From NCBI GenBank assembly GCA_046290465.1, contig JBKAGP010000001.1:6464001-6528000 (forward strand): 64,000 nt of DNA. Reading direction: 5' to 3'. The DNA is from Planctomycetota bacterium (GTDB taxonomy: Bacteria > Planctomycetota > UBA1135 > UBA2386). Positions 36,501-46,718 of the stretch are shown piece by piece. Every line of letters starts with the position of its first letter. Positions within the stretch are counted from its first letter, which is position 1. The notes under the pieces were generated by a model. The model did not search any database, was not told the DNA's origin, and saw only the letters and a program-made list of their open reading frames with translations. The position numbers and the translations under genes were made by a program.

Positions 36501-39406
36501 CGGGTCGCCTCCGCGGTCAGCGTGCCGTCGAGATCGAGCGGGCGCTTCCAGGCCTGCTCGGCGTCGGCCACCGTCAGGTTGGCCAGCTCGCTGTCGCCGT
36601 CGCGGTAGCGCAGCGTCGCTCTGGCGGTGACCTCGCCGACGACGGCGAACGGCACGCCGTGCAGGTTGGCCTCGAGGTCCTGCAGCCGATCGGGTGGGAC
36701 CTCGAGCAGCAGGCGGCTCTGCGACTCGCTGAACAGGCGGCGGGTCGCGTCGAGTCCGCCGTCGGTCTGCATCGCCGCGACGTCGACGTCGCAGCCGAGC
36801 TTGCCGCCGATCGCCATCTCGGCGGCGGCGGCCATCAAGCCGCCTTCGCTGAGGTCGTGCGCGGCCAGCACGCAGCCGGCCTGGATCGCGCGGTGCACGC
36901 CGTGCAGCACGTCGCGCGCGGCGTCCTTGTCGACGCGCGGCGCGTTCTTGCCGAGCTCGCCCTTGGTCTTGTAGTAGACGCTGCCGCCGAGTTCGTCCTT
37001 GGTGACGCCGACCAGCACCAGCTTGCTGCCGGCGCGCTTCAGGTCGCTGGTGATCGTGCGGCGCACGTCCGGGATCACCGACATTGCGGTGACCAGGATG
37101 CAGCCGGGGATGCGGATGGTCTTTTCGCCCCCGTCTGCGAGGGTCGCGCGGAACTCGTTGTGCAGCGAGTCCTTGCCGCTGACGAACGGCGTGCGGTAGT
37201 GGGTCGCGAGCTCGCACAGCGCCTCGGTCGCGCGCACCAGCTCGCCCAGGCACTGCGGGTCGCGCGTGTTGCCCCAGCAGTAGTTGTCGAGCACGACCGT
37301 GTAGTCGGGATCGCCGCCGGCGGCGACCGAGTTGCGCATCGCCTCGTCGAGCGCGCACTCCGACATCGAGGCCGGGTCGATCTTGCTGTAGCGCGGGTTG
37401 AGGCCGTTGGACAGCACCACGCCGCGCGACGAGTCGAGCTTGGGCGCGAGCACGGCGGCGTCGGCGGGGCCGTCCTCCTTGATGCCGCACAGCGGCTTGC
37501 CGGCGCTCGCCGCCTGCACCTCGTGGTCGTACTGGCGCACGATCCACTCCTTGCTGCAGACGCCGTAGTCGGACAGCACGTCGCGCAGCGCCTGCGCGTG
37601 GTCGGTCTCCGGCGGCAGCTCCGGTTCGTGCAGCTCGGGCGCCGCGTAGCTCGCCTCGAGCACGCGGTCCGGCAGGCCGTCGTGCAGGAAGCCGAGGTCC
37701 ATGTCGCAGTGCACCGCGTCGTCGTGCTTGACGACCAGGCGGTTGTCGGCGGTGAACTCGCCGAGCACGACCGCTTCGCAGCACTCGGCCTCGCAGACCG
37801 CCAGCAGGCGGTCGAGCTTCTCCGGTGGCACGGCGAGCACCATGCGCTCCTGCGCCTCGCTGATCCAGATCTCCCACGGCGCGAGGCCGGCGTACTTGAG
37901 CGGCGCGCGCTCGAGCTGCACGACGGCGCCGAGGCCTTCGGCCATCTCGCCGACCGCCGAGCTGAAGCCGCCGGCGCCGCAGTCGGTGATCGCCGAGAAC
38001 AGGTCCTCGTCGGCGCAGGCCATCACCGCGTCCATCGCCTTGCGCTCGGTGATCGGGTCGCCGATCTGCACCGCGCCGCCGCTGAGCGACTCGCTCTCGG
38101 TGTGCAGTTCGAGCGAGCTGAAGGTCGCGCCGTGGATGCCGTCGCGGCCGGTGCGGCCACCGAGCGCGACGATCTTGTCGCCGGGGTTGGCCTTCTTGTG
38201 GGCGCGCGCGGTCGGCAGGATGCCGATGTTGCCGACGTAGACGAGCGGGTTGCCGACGAAGTTGTCGTCGAAGTGCACGCTGCCGTTGACCGTCGGGATG
38301 CCCATCGGGTTGCCGTAGTCGCGCACGCCGGACACGACGCCCTGCAGGACCGTCAGCGGGTGCAGGCAGCCCTGCGGCAGGTCCTTTCGGTCGAGGTTCG
38401 GCGGCGCGAAGCAGAACACGTCGGTGTTGGCGATCGGGCGCGCGGCCAGGCCCGTACCGAGCACGTCGCGGATGACGCCGCCGACGCCGGTGCCGGCACC
38501 GCCGAACGGCTCGATCGCCGACGGACGGTTGTGGGTCTCGACCTTGATGCAGACCGAGTCCTCGTCGTCGAACTTGACGATGCCGGCGTTGTCGACGAAC
38601 ACCGACACGCAGAAGTCGCGGTCGAGCGTCGTGGTGACGTTGGCGATCGTCGACTTCAGCAGGTTGTCGATCGTGCGGCCCTCGAAGCGCACCGTGCCGG
38701 TCAGGGTCTTGTGCTTGCAGTGCTCGCTCCAGGTCTGCGCGAGCGTCTCGAGTTCGAGGCGCGTCGGCGCGCGTCCGAGGCCGTCGAAGTGCGCCTGGAT
38801 CGCCCGCATCTCGTGGCCGTCGAGCGCCAGGCCACCGTCCTTCGAGATCGCGACCAGCGCGGCTTCGTCGAGGCCCGCCAGCGGCACCTCGTGCACGGTC
38901 AGGTCGGGCGCCGGCGACTCGCCCGGCAGGCCGTCGGGCAGGCCGTCGACCAGGATCTGCTGCACGGTGTCGTTGGCCAGTCCCTTGCGCGCGATCGCGA
39001 GCAGCTGTTCGGTGGCGACGTCGCCGTGCACGTCGAAGGTCCGGTAGGTGCCGGCGGCGACCACCGGCAGCTGCATGTCGGCGAGCGCCTTCTGCACCGA
39101 GTGCGCGACCGGATCGGTGACGCCGGGCTTGGGCACGATCGTCAGCGTGTGCGCCGCGTCGGGCCGCGGGGCATCGGCGCCCGGCTCGTGCACGACGAAG
39201 TGCTCGATGACCGGATCGCACAGCACCGCCTTGGCGAACGCGTCGACCTGTTGGCGGGACAGTTCGGTCGCGAGCAGGTAGCCGCGCCGCGAACGAACGC
39301 GCGAGACGCCGGCGAGGCCGGCCGCGGTCAGGGTGCGCTGCGCCGCGTCACCGATGGGGTCCAATTGGTCCTTTCGGGCCAGAACATCGATTCGCCACGC
39401 CTGCAT
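36497..39406 (-). CDS. purL: FGAM synthase PurL with N-terminal PurS-like domains
   Basis: QTWSEHCKHK, KVETHNRPSAIEPFGGAGTG, TGRDGIHGA, DCGAGG, SEAQERM, SGKDSL, HDLSEGG. Confidence 0.97.
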   Translation of the reverse strand: MQAWRIDVLARKDQLDPIGDAAQRTLTAAGLAGVSRVRSRRGYLLATELSRQQVDAFAKAVLCDPVIEHFVVHEPGADAPRPDAAHTLTIVPKPGVTDPVAHSVQKALADMQLPVVAAGTYRTFDVHGDVATEQLLAIARKGLANDTVQQILVDGLPDGLPGESPAPDLTVHEVPLAGLDEAALVAISKDGGLALDGHEMRAIQAHFDGLGRAPTRLELETLAQTWSEHCKHKTLTGTVRFEGRTIDNLLKSTIANVTTTLDRDFCVSVFVDNAGIVKFDDEDSVCIKVETHNRPSAIEPFGGAGTGVGGVIRDVLGTGLAARPIANTDVFCFAPPNLDRKDLPQGCLHPLTVLQGVVSGVRDYGNPMGIPTVNGSVHFDDNFVGNPLVYVGNIGILPTARAHKKANPGDKIVALGGRTGRDGIHGATFSSLELHTESESLSGGAVQIGDPITERKAMDAVMACADEDLFSAITDCGAGGFSSAVGEMAEGLGAVVQLERAPLKYAGLAPWEIWISEAQERMVLAVPPEKLDRLLAVCEAECCEAVVLGEFTADNRLVVKHDDAVHCDMDLGFLHDGLPDRVLEASYAAPELHEPELPPETDHAQALRDVLSDYGVCSKEWIVRQYDHEVQAASAGKPLCGIKEDGPADAAVLAPKLDSSRGVVLSNGLNPRYSKIDPASMSECALDEAMRNSVAAGGDPDYTVVLDNYCWGNTRDPQCLGELVRATEALCELATHYRTPFVSGKDSLHNEFRATLADGGEKTIRIPGCILVTAMSVIPDVRRTITSDLKRAGSKLVLVGVTKDELGGSVYYKTKGELGKNAPRVDKDAARDVLHGVHRAIQAGCVLAAHDLSEGGLMAAAAEMAIGGKLGCDVDVAAMQTDGGLDATRRLFSESQSRLLLEVPPDRLQDLEANLHGVPFAVVGEVTARATLRYRDGDSELANLTVADAEQAWKRPLDLDGTLTAEATR

Positions 39407-39530
39407 CTGGCAGCCAACATGCAGGTCCGGTGGGGGCGGCGCAAGAGCGGGGGAACCGGGCGTTCCGGTTCCCGTTGGCGGCTGCCGCTACCATGACCAT
39501 CGTCCACATCTTTCCACAGGAGCCCGCCTG

Positions 39531-39728
39531 ATGCGCCTCGCCCCTGCCTTCGCCGTGCTTGCGTTCGTGAGCCTCGCCGCCACACAGCATCCCTGGTCTG
39601 CCGTCGCCGTCAGCACCCACGGCCAGGGCTGCCAGCTCGTCTTCCCCGACCACGGGCTCTGCTTGCCCACGTTCGGCCCCACCTGCGAGGGGGCCGCCAG
39701 CCGCGCCGCGAGGATCGACCTGCGATGA
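39531..39728 (+). CDS. Small putative secreted protein or gene remnant (65 aa)
   Basis: SD AGGAG upstream; signal-like MRLAPAFAVLAFVSLAA; stop overlaps the next start (ATGA). Confidence 0.4.
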   Translation: MRLAPAFAVLAFVSLAATQHPWSAVAVSTHGQGCQLVFPDHGLCLPTFGPTCEGAASRAARIDLR

Positions 39729-41140
39729 GCCACCACCTGCCATGGGCGCGATGCGCCGTCCCGGTCCTGCTGGCCGCCGTCTGCTGCGGTGCGGTGGCGA
39801 CCTCCTCCGGCCCGCCCGACAGCTGGGGGCCGTTCCGCAACAAGCGCATCGTGACCCCTTCCGGCAAGCGCTACGTGGTCGTTCGCAAGAAGGGGCTCGG
39901 CATCACGTTCGAGCTGTGCGCGCGACGCGCGGGCCAGCCGCCGCTCGAGTCCGTCGCGGACAGCGGCTATCCGGGTCTGTGGAACCTCGGCGGCAAGGAC
40001 AAGGACGTCTCGCGCGACCCGAAGGACCGGCTGCTGGCCAAGGGCACCTACAAGCAGATGCCGATGCAGGTGCAGATCACCGACGGACTCGACGGCTTCC
40101 TGCTGTTCGACAAGTACGGCAACCTCGGCTACGGCGAGGTGGTCACGTGGATCGACGGGCGCGGCAAGGTCGTGTTCGAGCACTCGCTCGAGGACCTGTT
40201 CGGTGGCTCGCCGAAGGGCACCACGGCGACGGTCAGCTCGCTGTGGTGGAGCCGCGCCATCTGGCTCGACGCGCGCGCGCAGAGCATCATCGTGGTGACC
40301 TCTCTCGGCGAACTGCGCGAGGTCAAGGTCGCCGACGGCGCGATCTCGGAGCCGTCGGCCGAGCGCCTGATCGGCTGGGCGATGCACGGCGACGTCGGCG
40401 GCCGCGCCACCGCGCTCGAGGTGATCGCCGAGGGCGACGTGGCGCGCTGCGAGAAGGCGCTGCCGCTGGTTTCGGGCACGTTCCTCGACCGCTCGGAGCC
40501 GCTGTCGTTGCGGCTGCGCGCCGGCTGGATCCTGGCGCGCGTCGGCAACGAGCCCGGCGTCGAACGGCTCTACCTCGAGACCGTGCGCGGCGGCGACGAG
40601 GTCGCCGACGCCGACATGAGGTTCGCCGTGCGCCACCTCGGCGACGTGATGGGGGACCGGGCGCTCGCCGTGCTGCGCGACCTGATGCGCGGCAAGGCCA
40701 GCAAGGTCTGGGGCGATGCCTACCAGGCGTTCGCGGCGATCGGCGAGTCGGCCGTGCCGACGCTGCTCGAGATGGTCGAGGAGCAGGACCAGAGCGCCGA
40801 CTACCGGGGCGGCGCGGTGCACGCGCTGGCCGAGATCGGCAGCGCGGCGGCGGTGCCGACGCTGCGTCGGGCGACGCGCTGCGGCAACAACTACGTCGAA
40901 GGAGCCGCCCGCGTCGCGCTGAAGCGCACCTTCTGGAAGGTCGTCGACCGCGCCTGGGCCCGGATCCCGAAGGACCTGGCCCGTGAGCACATCGACCTGC
41001 AGACCGGCGCGCCGCTGGTCGAGCAGCTCGGCGCGTTCGACAAGGAGTGGGCGCTGAAGCTGCTCAACGACCGCATCGACAAGACCGACCTGCGGTTTGG
41101 CCGCTACCTCGAGCGCGTGCGCGACGGGGTCGACTCGTAG
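39725..41140 (+). CDS. Secreted protein with C-terminal HEAT/PBS-lyase-like repeats
   Basis: Signal peptide; AFAAIGESAVPTLLE, AVHALAEIGSAAAVPTL. Confidence 0.75.
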   Translation: MSHHLPWARCAVPVLLAAVCCGAVATSSGPPDSWGPFRNKRIVTPSGKRYVVVRKKGLGITFELCARRAGQPPLESVADSGYPGLWNLGGKDKDVSRDPKDRLLAKGTYKQMPMQVQITDGLDGFLLFDKYGNLGYGEVVTWIDGRGKVVFEHSLEDLFGGSPKGTTATVSSLWWSRAIWLDARAQSIIVVTSLGELREVKVADGAISEPSAERLIGWAMHGDVGGRATALEVIAEGDVARCEKALPLVSGTFLDRSEPLSLRLRAGWILARVGNEPGVERLYLETVRGGDEVADADMRFAVRHLGDVMGDRALAVLRDLMRGKASKVWGDAYQAFAAIGESAVPTLLEMVEEQDQSADYRGGAVHALAEIGSAAAVPTLRRATRCGNNYVEGAARVALKRTFWKVVDRAWARIPKDLAREHIDLQTGAPLVEQLGAFDKEWALKLLNDRIDKTDLRFGRYLERVRDGVDS

Positions 41141-41168
41141 CGTCGCGATCCGGCGATCGGGCGAGCGC

Positions 41169-41975
41169 TCAGTAGCTCTCGTCGTCGCTGGGGAACGAGC
41201 CCTTGCGGACGTCGGCGCAGAAGCCGCCGATGGCCTCGCCGATCTCGGTGGCCAGCTCGCGGTAGCGGCGCACGAAGCGCGGCTGGAAGCGCGTGAACAT
41301 GCCGAGCATGTCGTGCGTGACCAGGATCTGGCCGTCGGTGTGCGGACCGGCACCGATGCCGATGATCGGCACCGTGGTCGCCTCGGCCATGCGCTTGCCG
41401 AGCGCCGCCGGGACCTTCTCGAGCACGATCGCGAACGCGCCGGCCTGCTCGAGCGCGACCGCGTCGTCGACCAGCCGCTCCTGTTCGTCCTGTTCGGTGC
41501 CGCGCGTCTTGTAGGTGCCGAACTGGTTGATGCTCTGCGGCGTCAGGCCGACGTGGCCCATCACCGGGATGCCGGCGGAGACCAGCTTCTCGACGGTCGG
41601 CGCGAAGGCGCGGCCGCCCTCGAGCTTGACCGCTTCGACGTGGCCTTCCTTGAGCAGGCGGCCGGCGTTGCGCAGCGCGTCGCTGATCGACACCTGGTAG
41701 CTGAGGAACGGCAGGTCGCCGACCACCAGCGCGCGCGCGCAGCCGCGGCTGACCAGTTCGCAGTGGTAGACCATCTGGTCCATCGTCACCGGCACGGTCG
41801 TGTCGCGGCCCTGCATGACGGTGGCGACCGAGTCGCCGACCAGGATCACGTCGACGCCGGCTTCGTCGAGCAGCGTCGCGAACAGGTGGTCGTAGGCGGT
41901 CAGGCAGGCGATGCGCTCGCCGGCCTGCTTGCGCTCCTTGAGCGTGGCCGTGGTGACCTTGCCCTTGGTGGCCAC
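41169..41975 (-). CDS. panB: 3-methyl-2-oxobutanoate hydroxymethyltransferase
   Basis: LTAYD, ILVGDS, DLPFLSY, AVKLEGG, GHVGLTPQS, IGIGAG, DGQILV. Confidence 0.98.
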   Translation of the reverse strand: MATKGKVTTATLKERKQAGERIACLTAYDHLFATLLDEAGVDVILVGDSVATVMQGRDTTVPVTMDQMVYHCELVSRGCARALVVGDLPFLSYQVSISDALRNAGRLLKEGHVEAVKLEGGRAFAPTVEKLVSAGIPVMGHVGLTPQSINQFGTYKTRGTEQDEQERLVDDAVALEQAGAFAIVLEKVPAALGKRMAEATTVPIIGIGAGPHTDGQILVTHDMLGMFTRFQPRFVRRYRELATEIGEAIGGFCADVRKGSFPSDDESY

Positions 41976-41976
41976 G

Positions 41977-44481
41977 CTACCAGTCTCCGAAGGTGTCGTC
42001 GTCGGCCGGCGGCGGGGGCGGCGGCGCGCTCGGGCTGCCGTCGCTGCCCGGCGGCGGCGGCGGCCGGTAGTCGTCGCCCTTGTCGTTGACGCGCGGGCCT
42101 CGGCGCTTGGGCCGGCCCTTGCCCTCGACGATGCTGCCGAAGGTCGGCACGCGCTTGGGATCGAGTTCGACGTCGAATGCCGACAGGTCCTGCGCGATCG
42201 GTTCGATCACTTCGACCTTGCCGCGGCGATCGCGGTAGCGCGGCACGACGCCGACGTCGCTGCGCACGCCGCCACGCGACTTCTTGCCGCGCTTGTTGCG
42301 GTCGCCCTTGCGGCCGTCCTTGCGTCCGTCGCCCTTGCGCCCGTCACCCCTGCGCCCATCGCCCTTGCGACCGTCGCGGCCCTGGCCATCTCGCTTCTTG
42401 TCGTCGCCCTTGCGGTCGTCGCGGCGCGAGCCGGCCTTCTGGTCGGCCTTCTTGGCCTTGACCTTGGAGCGACGGCGCTTGGGGCCGTGCTCGTCTGTCT
42501 CGTCGGCCTCGGCCCCGTCGGCCCCGTCGGCACCGTCGGCACCGTCGGTCGATCGGGCTTCGGCGGCGTCGCCGTCCTCGTGCTCGTCCTTGCTCCGGCC
42601 ACGACCGCGACCACGGCGGCCGCGGCGGCGCCGACGCTTGCGCGGCTCGCCGTCCTCGTCCTCGTCGTCATCCTTCTCGTCGTCGTCGAACGTGACGTCC
42701 TCCATCGTGACGTCAATGAAGGTGACCTCTTCGGAGGCTTCGTGTTCGTCCTCTTCGTCGGCGCGCTCGTCGCGCGGGAACGTCTCGTCGTCGCTGTCGT
42801 CGCTGTCGTCGTCGTCGCGGCCGCTGCGGGCGACCATCGGGTCGCCGTGCGGCGCCGGTTCGTCGCTGGCCGGGAACGTGACGTCACTGAGGTCCTCGTC
42901 CGTCGCCGCAGCAACCTTCTTGCTGCTGCGCTTGCGGCGGCGCGGCTTCTTCTTCTCTGCGACCTCGGCCTCGCCGGTAGCCGCTTCGGCGTCGTCGCGC
43001 TCGGCCGGTTCGGACTCGGCGCGGTCGTTCACGGCCGAATCGCCCGCGGCGGAATCTTCCTCGGCGGAATCGTCCTCGGCGGTGGCAGCTTCCTCGCGCT
43101 CGCCGTCGTTCCGTTCGCTGTCGTCGCGCTCGTCCTCGTCGGCCCTGCGGCGGCGGCGCCGGCGGCGACGCTTCTTGCGCGGCGCGTCGTCGTCCTCGTC
43201 GGCCGAACGTGCGCTGCCGGACAGCCGGCTCGCGCCCCGGTCCGTGCCGGCCAGCTCGTGCCACTGCTCGACCACGGCCAGGTCGACGTCGCCGTCCTGC
43301 GCGCGGGTGCGCAGTTCGAACAGCAGCAGGGCCTCCTCGAAGTAGGGGCTGCGCACGAACGCGTCGATGCGGAAGCGACGCTTGTTCTCGGCCTGTTCGA
43401 AGCGGTGCTGCACGCCGCAGATCCGCTTCAGGCAGCCGCTGTCGCGGCGCGGCAGGCGCAGGTCGACGGCGAGCGAACCGAGCAGGTCCTCGGCGACCGA
43501 CGACGCGCTGCGGGTCGGCTGGTTCTGGCGTTCGGCGGCGACCGCGTGGTACATCAGCACCGCGAGCAGCACGCCGTTGGGCGGCGGCTCGGCGCCGTTG
43601 GGCTGCGCCTGCACGAACTGGTCGAGCGCCTCGAGCAGCGCCCAGAACGACGCGCGATGCTCGTCGTCGGCGTTCTCGAGGAAGCGGCCGACGACCGGCA
43701 CGAGGTACTGGATCGCGTCGACGTCGCGCAGCAGCTGAAAACTGTCGAGCGCGTGGCCGCTGCGCAGCAGGCGCAGGATCTCCTCGAGCACCCGCGGCGG
43801 TGCGGCGCGCACGAGGTCCTCGGAGGTCTCGGCCATCGCGGCGAGCGTCTGCTCCTCGACCTCGAAGCCGAGGCGGCCCGCGAACTTCGCCGCGCGCAGG
43901 ATGCGCACCGGGTCCTCGCGGAAGCGCACGACCGGATCGCCGATCGTGCGGATCACGCGGGCCTCGATGTCGGCGAGGCCGTTGACGTGGTCGACGATCT
44001 TGTCCTCGGTGGGATCGAGGAACAGTGCGTTGATCGTGAAGTCGCGCCGCAGCGCGTCCTCCTCGGCGGTGCCGAACTCGTTGTCGCGCGTGATCAGCAG
44101 GTCGTCGCCGTCACTACTGTTGGCCTCGCCTTCCTGCGGGTTGCGACGGAACGTCGAGCACTCGAGGATCTTGGTGTTGCCGTGGAAGTGCAGGTGGGCC
44201 AGCTTGAAGCGGCGGCCGATGATGCGGCAGTTGCGGGGGAACGTTCGCTTGACCTGCGGCGGGCGTGCCTCGGTCGCGATGTCGTAGTCCTTCGGCGCGC
44301 GGTCCAGCAAAAGGTCGCGCACGCAACCGCCGACGAGATATGCCTCGTACCCCTTGTCGATGAGGCGCGTCACCGCGCGGACGGCGTCGACGTCCAGAAC
44401 GGACAGGTCGTGGCCGGTAGGGGATAGGATCGTGGGTTCGATCTTCGTCAGTCCTGGTTGGATAACCGTTATGGAAGACAA
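41977..44481 (-). CDS. pcnB: Poly(A) polymerase I with long disordered C-terminal tail (start codon uncertain)
   Basis: LVGGCVRDLL, KDYDIAT, PAP-type IIGRRFKLAHL signature, RRDFTINAL, REDPVRILRA. Confidence 0.9.
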   Translation of the reverse strand: MSSITVIQPGLTKIEPTILSPTGHDLSVLDVDAVRAVTRLIDKGYEAYLVGGCVRDLLLDRAPKDYDIATEARPPQVKRTFPRNCRIIGRRFKLAHLHFHGNTKILECSTFRRNPQEGEANSSDGDDLLITRDNEFGTAEEDALRRDFTINALFLDPTEDKIVDHVNGLADIEARVIRTIGDPVVRFREDPVRILRAAKFAGRLGFEVEEQTLAAMAETSEDLVRAAPPRVLEEILRLLRSGHALDSFQLLRDVDAIQYLVPVVGRFLENADDEHRASFWALLEALDQFVQAQPNGAEPPPNGVLLAVLMYHAVAAERQNQPTRSASSVAEDLLGSLAVDLRLPRRDSGCLKRICGVQHRFEQAENKRRFRIDAFVRSPYFEEALLLFELRTRAQDGDVDLAVVEQWHELAGTDRGASRLSGSARSADEDDDAPRKKRRRRRRRRRADEDERDDSERNDGEREEAATAEDDSAEEDSAAGDSAVNDRAESEPAERDDAEAATGEAEVAEKKKPRRRKRSSKKVAAATDEDLSDVTFPASDEPAPHGDPMVARSGRDDDDSDDSDDETFPRDERADEEDEHEASEEVTFIDVTMEDVTFDDDEKDDDEDEDGEPRKRRRRRGRRGRGRGRSKDEHEDGDAAEARSTDGADGADGADGAEADETDEHGPKRRRSKVKAKKADQKAGSRRDDRKGDDKKRDGQGRDGRKGDGRRGDGRKGDGRKDGRKGDRNKRGKKSRGGVRSDVGVVPRYRDRRGKVEVIEPIAQDLSAFDVELDPKRVPTFGSIVEGKGRPKRRGPRVNDKGDDYRPPPPPGSDGSPSAPPPPPPADDDTFGDW

Positions 44482-44556
44482 TGGTTTACCAACGCCCCGC
44501 GGGCCCGGGCAAGGCGTTTCTGCGCGCCGTCTCGCGGCGGCGGCCGCTGCCGTGGC

Positions 44557-45237
44557 TCAGGCCTGCAGGCCGCCGTCGACCGTCAGCACCTGGCCGGTGA
44601 CGTAGCTGGCTTCTGCCGAAAGGAGATAGCGCACCATCGCGGTGACGTCGTCGGGGTGGCCGACGCGGCCGGCCGGGACCCGCGGCAGCATGCGCGCCTG
44701 CGACTCGCGGTGGCTGTGGTCGTGGTCGATCAGGCCCGGGGAGATCACGTTTACGGTGACGCCGGATGCCGCGACCTCGAGGGCGAGCGAACGGGCCAGC
44801 TGGATCACGGCGGCCTTGGCGGCGAAGTAGACCGGTGCGCGCAGCATCGCCTTCTGCCGGTCGGCGCCGGCTGCGGCGAACAGGATCACCCGGCCGCGCT
44901 TCGCCTCGACCATCGCCGGCACGACGGTCTGGATGGTCTGGAAGACCGTGTCGACGTTGCTCTGGAACAGGTAGCGGTAGCTGTGCTCGCTGGTCTCGAG
45001 CAGCGGCTGTTCGCTGAAGTCGCCGATCGTGTGCACCAGCGCGTACGGCGCGCCATGCTCGAGGCGGAACCGTTCGAACGCGTCGCGCACCGACGCCTCG
45101 TCGGACGCGTCGACGCCGCTCTTGCGGGTCCAGATGGTGCAGCGGTCGGCGAACTCGGCGGCGACGGCGCGGCCGATGCCCTGGCCGCCGCCGACGACCA
45201 GGACGCGGCCGTCGGGGATGGTGGGGGCGTCGCTCAC
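44557..45237 (-). CDS. Short-chain dehydrogenase/reductase
   Basis: VGGGQGIG, YFAAK, VNVISPG, YVTGQVLTVDGG. Confidence 0.92.
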   Translation of the reverse strand: MSDAPTIPDGRVLVVGGGQGIGRAVAAEFADRCTIWTRKSGVDASDEASVRDAFERFRLEHGAPYALVHTIGDFSEQPLLETSEHSYRYLFQSNVDTVFQTIQTVVPAMVEAKRGRVILFAAAGADRQKAMLRAPVYFAAKAAVIQLARSLALEVAASGVTVNVISPGLIDHDHSHRESQARMLPRVPAGRVGHPDDVTAMVRYLLSAEASYVTGQVLTVDGGLQA

Positions 45238-46718
45238 GACTTCCACAGCCAGCCGACGATCTCCTTGAGCTTCGGCGGGTTGCCGGTCATCAGCACGCCC
45301 ACGCGGAAGACCTTGCCGGCGGCTTTGAACGTCAGCCAGATCGTCACGACCAGCAGCACCGACGTCACGATGTACTCCCACGTCTCCGGCGGACCGGCGG
45401 CGCGGTTCATCATCGTGAACGGTGTGTAGATCGGGATGAAGCTGAGCACCCTGGCGACGGTGCCGTTGGGCTCCTGCGTGATGAACACCATCGCGATCAG
45501 CGGCACCATCAGCAGCATGATCACCGGCTGCTGCAGGTTCTGCGCTTCCTTCAGCGTATTGCAGACCGAGCCGATCGCGACCAGCACGGCCGCGTAGAGC
45601 AGGTAGCCGCCCAGAAAGTAGAGCACGAACGAAGTCAGGTAGCCGGTGTTGCTGATCGCTGCGATGAGGAAGCTCAGCGAGCCGCCGCCTTCCCCGAGTA
45701 CCTGCGGCGCGATCCACGATGCCAGCAGCGCGAACATCACCCACGTGCCGATGATCGTCATGCCAGTGAAGGCGATGCCGTAGATCTTGCCGTGCATCAG
45801 CTGCGCCGGGCTGACCGACGACAGCAGCACCTCGATGATGCGGTTGCTCTTCTCTTCGACGGTGTTGGTCAGCAGCAGGTTGGCGATCGAGAAGATCGCG
45901 ATCCAGAGGCCGTAGACGAAGCCGATCGGCGCCCACTGGTTGGCGGTGTCCTCGTCCTCGACGTCCTTGGATTCGCCGGTCTCGTCGACCTTCTCCTTCT
46001 CGAACTCGACCTGCTCCTGGATGCGCTTGGCGGTCGCCGCGTCGATGTTGGCGTCCTTGATACGGTCCTTCTGGATCAGCGTGGTCAGCGTGCTCTCGTA
46101 GCTGGAGCGCAGCTTGCTGTCGGTCAGGTTGTTGGAGACGTAGCGGAAGCCGTCGAGGCTCTTCAGCGGGTCTGGGCCGAGCACGAAGTAGGCGAACAGC
46201 TTGCCGTCGGCGACCATCTTGCCGAGCGCCTTGCGCTGCTCTTGCTGGCTCTTGTCCTCGAGGTCGAGGTCGTCGAGCGAGACGTATTTGTATCTGGCGC
46301 TGCGGCCAATGCCTTCGTAGCGCGCCAGCTTCTCGGGCGGCTGCGACTGCATCCATTCGTACATGGCGTACATCTGCTCGCCGGTCGGCGGCTTGTCCGG
46401 CTCCATGTCTGAGAGCAGCTTGCGAAGCTCGGGGTCGGTGTCCTCCGAGTTGGCCGCAGCCATCAGGTCCATGCTCAGCGCGAACATGGCCTGCACGTCC
46501 CCGTTGCGGAACGCACGTTCGGCGCGCTTGCCGAGGTCCTGGTCGCCCAGGTCGACAACAGCGTACTGCTGCACCTCCTTGAACTTCTGCAGGAGGATGC
46601 CGATGCCCATCGACGCGGCGATCAGGACCGGCACGATGAAGATGCCGATCCAGAACGTCTTGGTGCGGATGTTCTCGACGTATTCGCGCTTGGCGACGAG
46701 CAGGGTCTTGTTGGCCAT
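45234..46718 (-). CDS. ABC-2 type exporter permease (NatB-like)
   Basis: KREYVENIRTKTF, EEKSNRIIEVLLSS, GKIYG, six TM segments. Confidence 0.92.
   Translation of the reverse strand: MANKTLLVAKREYVENIRTKTFWIGIFIVPVLIAASMGIGILLQKFKEVQQYAVVDLGDQDLGKRAERAFRNGDVQAMFALSMDLMAAANSEDTDPELRKLLSDMEPDKPPTGEQMYAMYEWMQSQPPEKLARYEGIGRSARYKYVSLDDLDLEDKSQQEQRKALGKMVADGKLFAYFVLGPDPLKSLDGFRYVSNNLTDSKLRSSYESTLTTLIQKDRIKDANIDAATAKRIQEQVEFEKEKVDETGESKDVEDEDTANQWAPIGFVYGLWIAIFSIANLLLTNTVEEKSNRIIEVLLSSVSPAQLMHGKIYGIAFTGMTIIGTWVMFALLASWIAPQVLGEGGGSLSFLIAAISNTGYLTSFVLYFLGGYLLYAAVLVAIGSVCNTLKEAQNLQQPVIMLLMVPLIAMVFITQEPNGTVARVLSFIPIYTPFTMMNRAAGPPETWEYIVTSVLLVVTIWLTFKAAGKVFRVGVLMTGNPPKLKEIVGWLWKS

Noticed and set aside
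35700..39221. 1173-aa ORF suggesting a frameshifted PurL-PurQ fusion
   Set aside because: purQ has its own SD (GGAGG) and ATG at 36500 overlapping the purL stop; the upstream extension is non-coding frame.
39451..39473. GGGAACCGG/CCGGTTCCC palindrome upstream of purL as a purine operator or riboswitch
   Set aside because: No similar site was found upstream of purD and it does not resemble known purine or ZTP riboswitches; a single 9-bp stem is insufficient.
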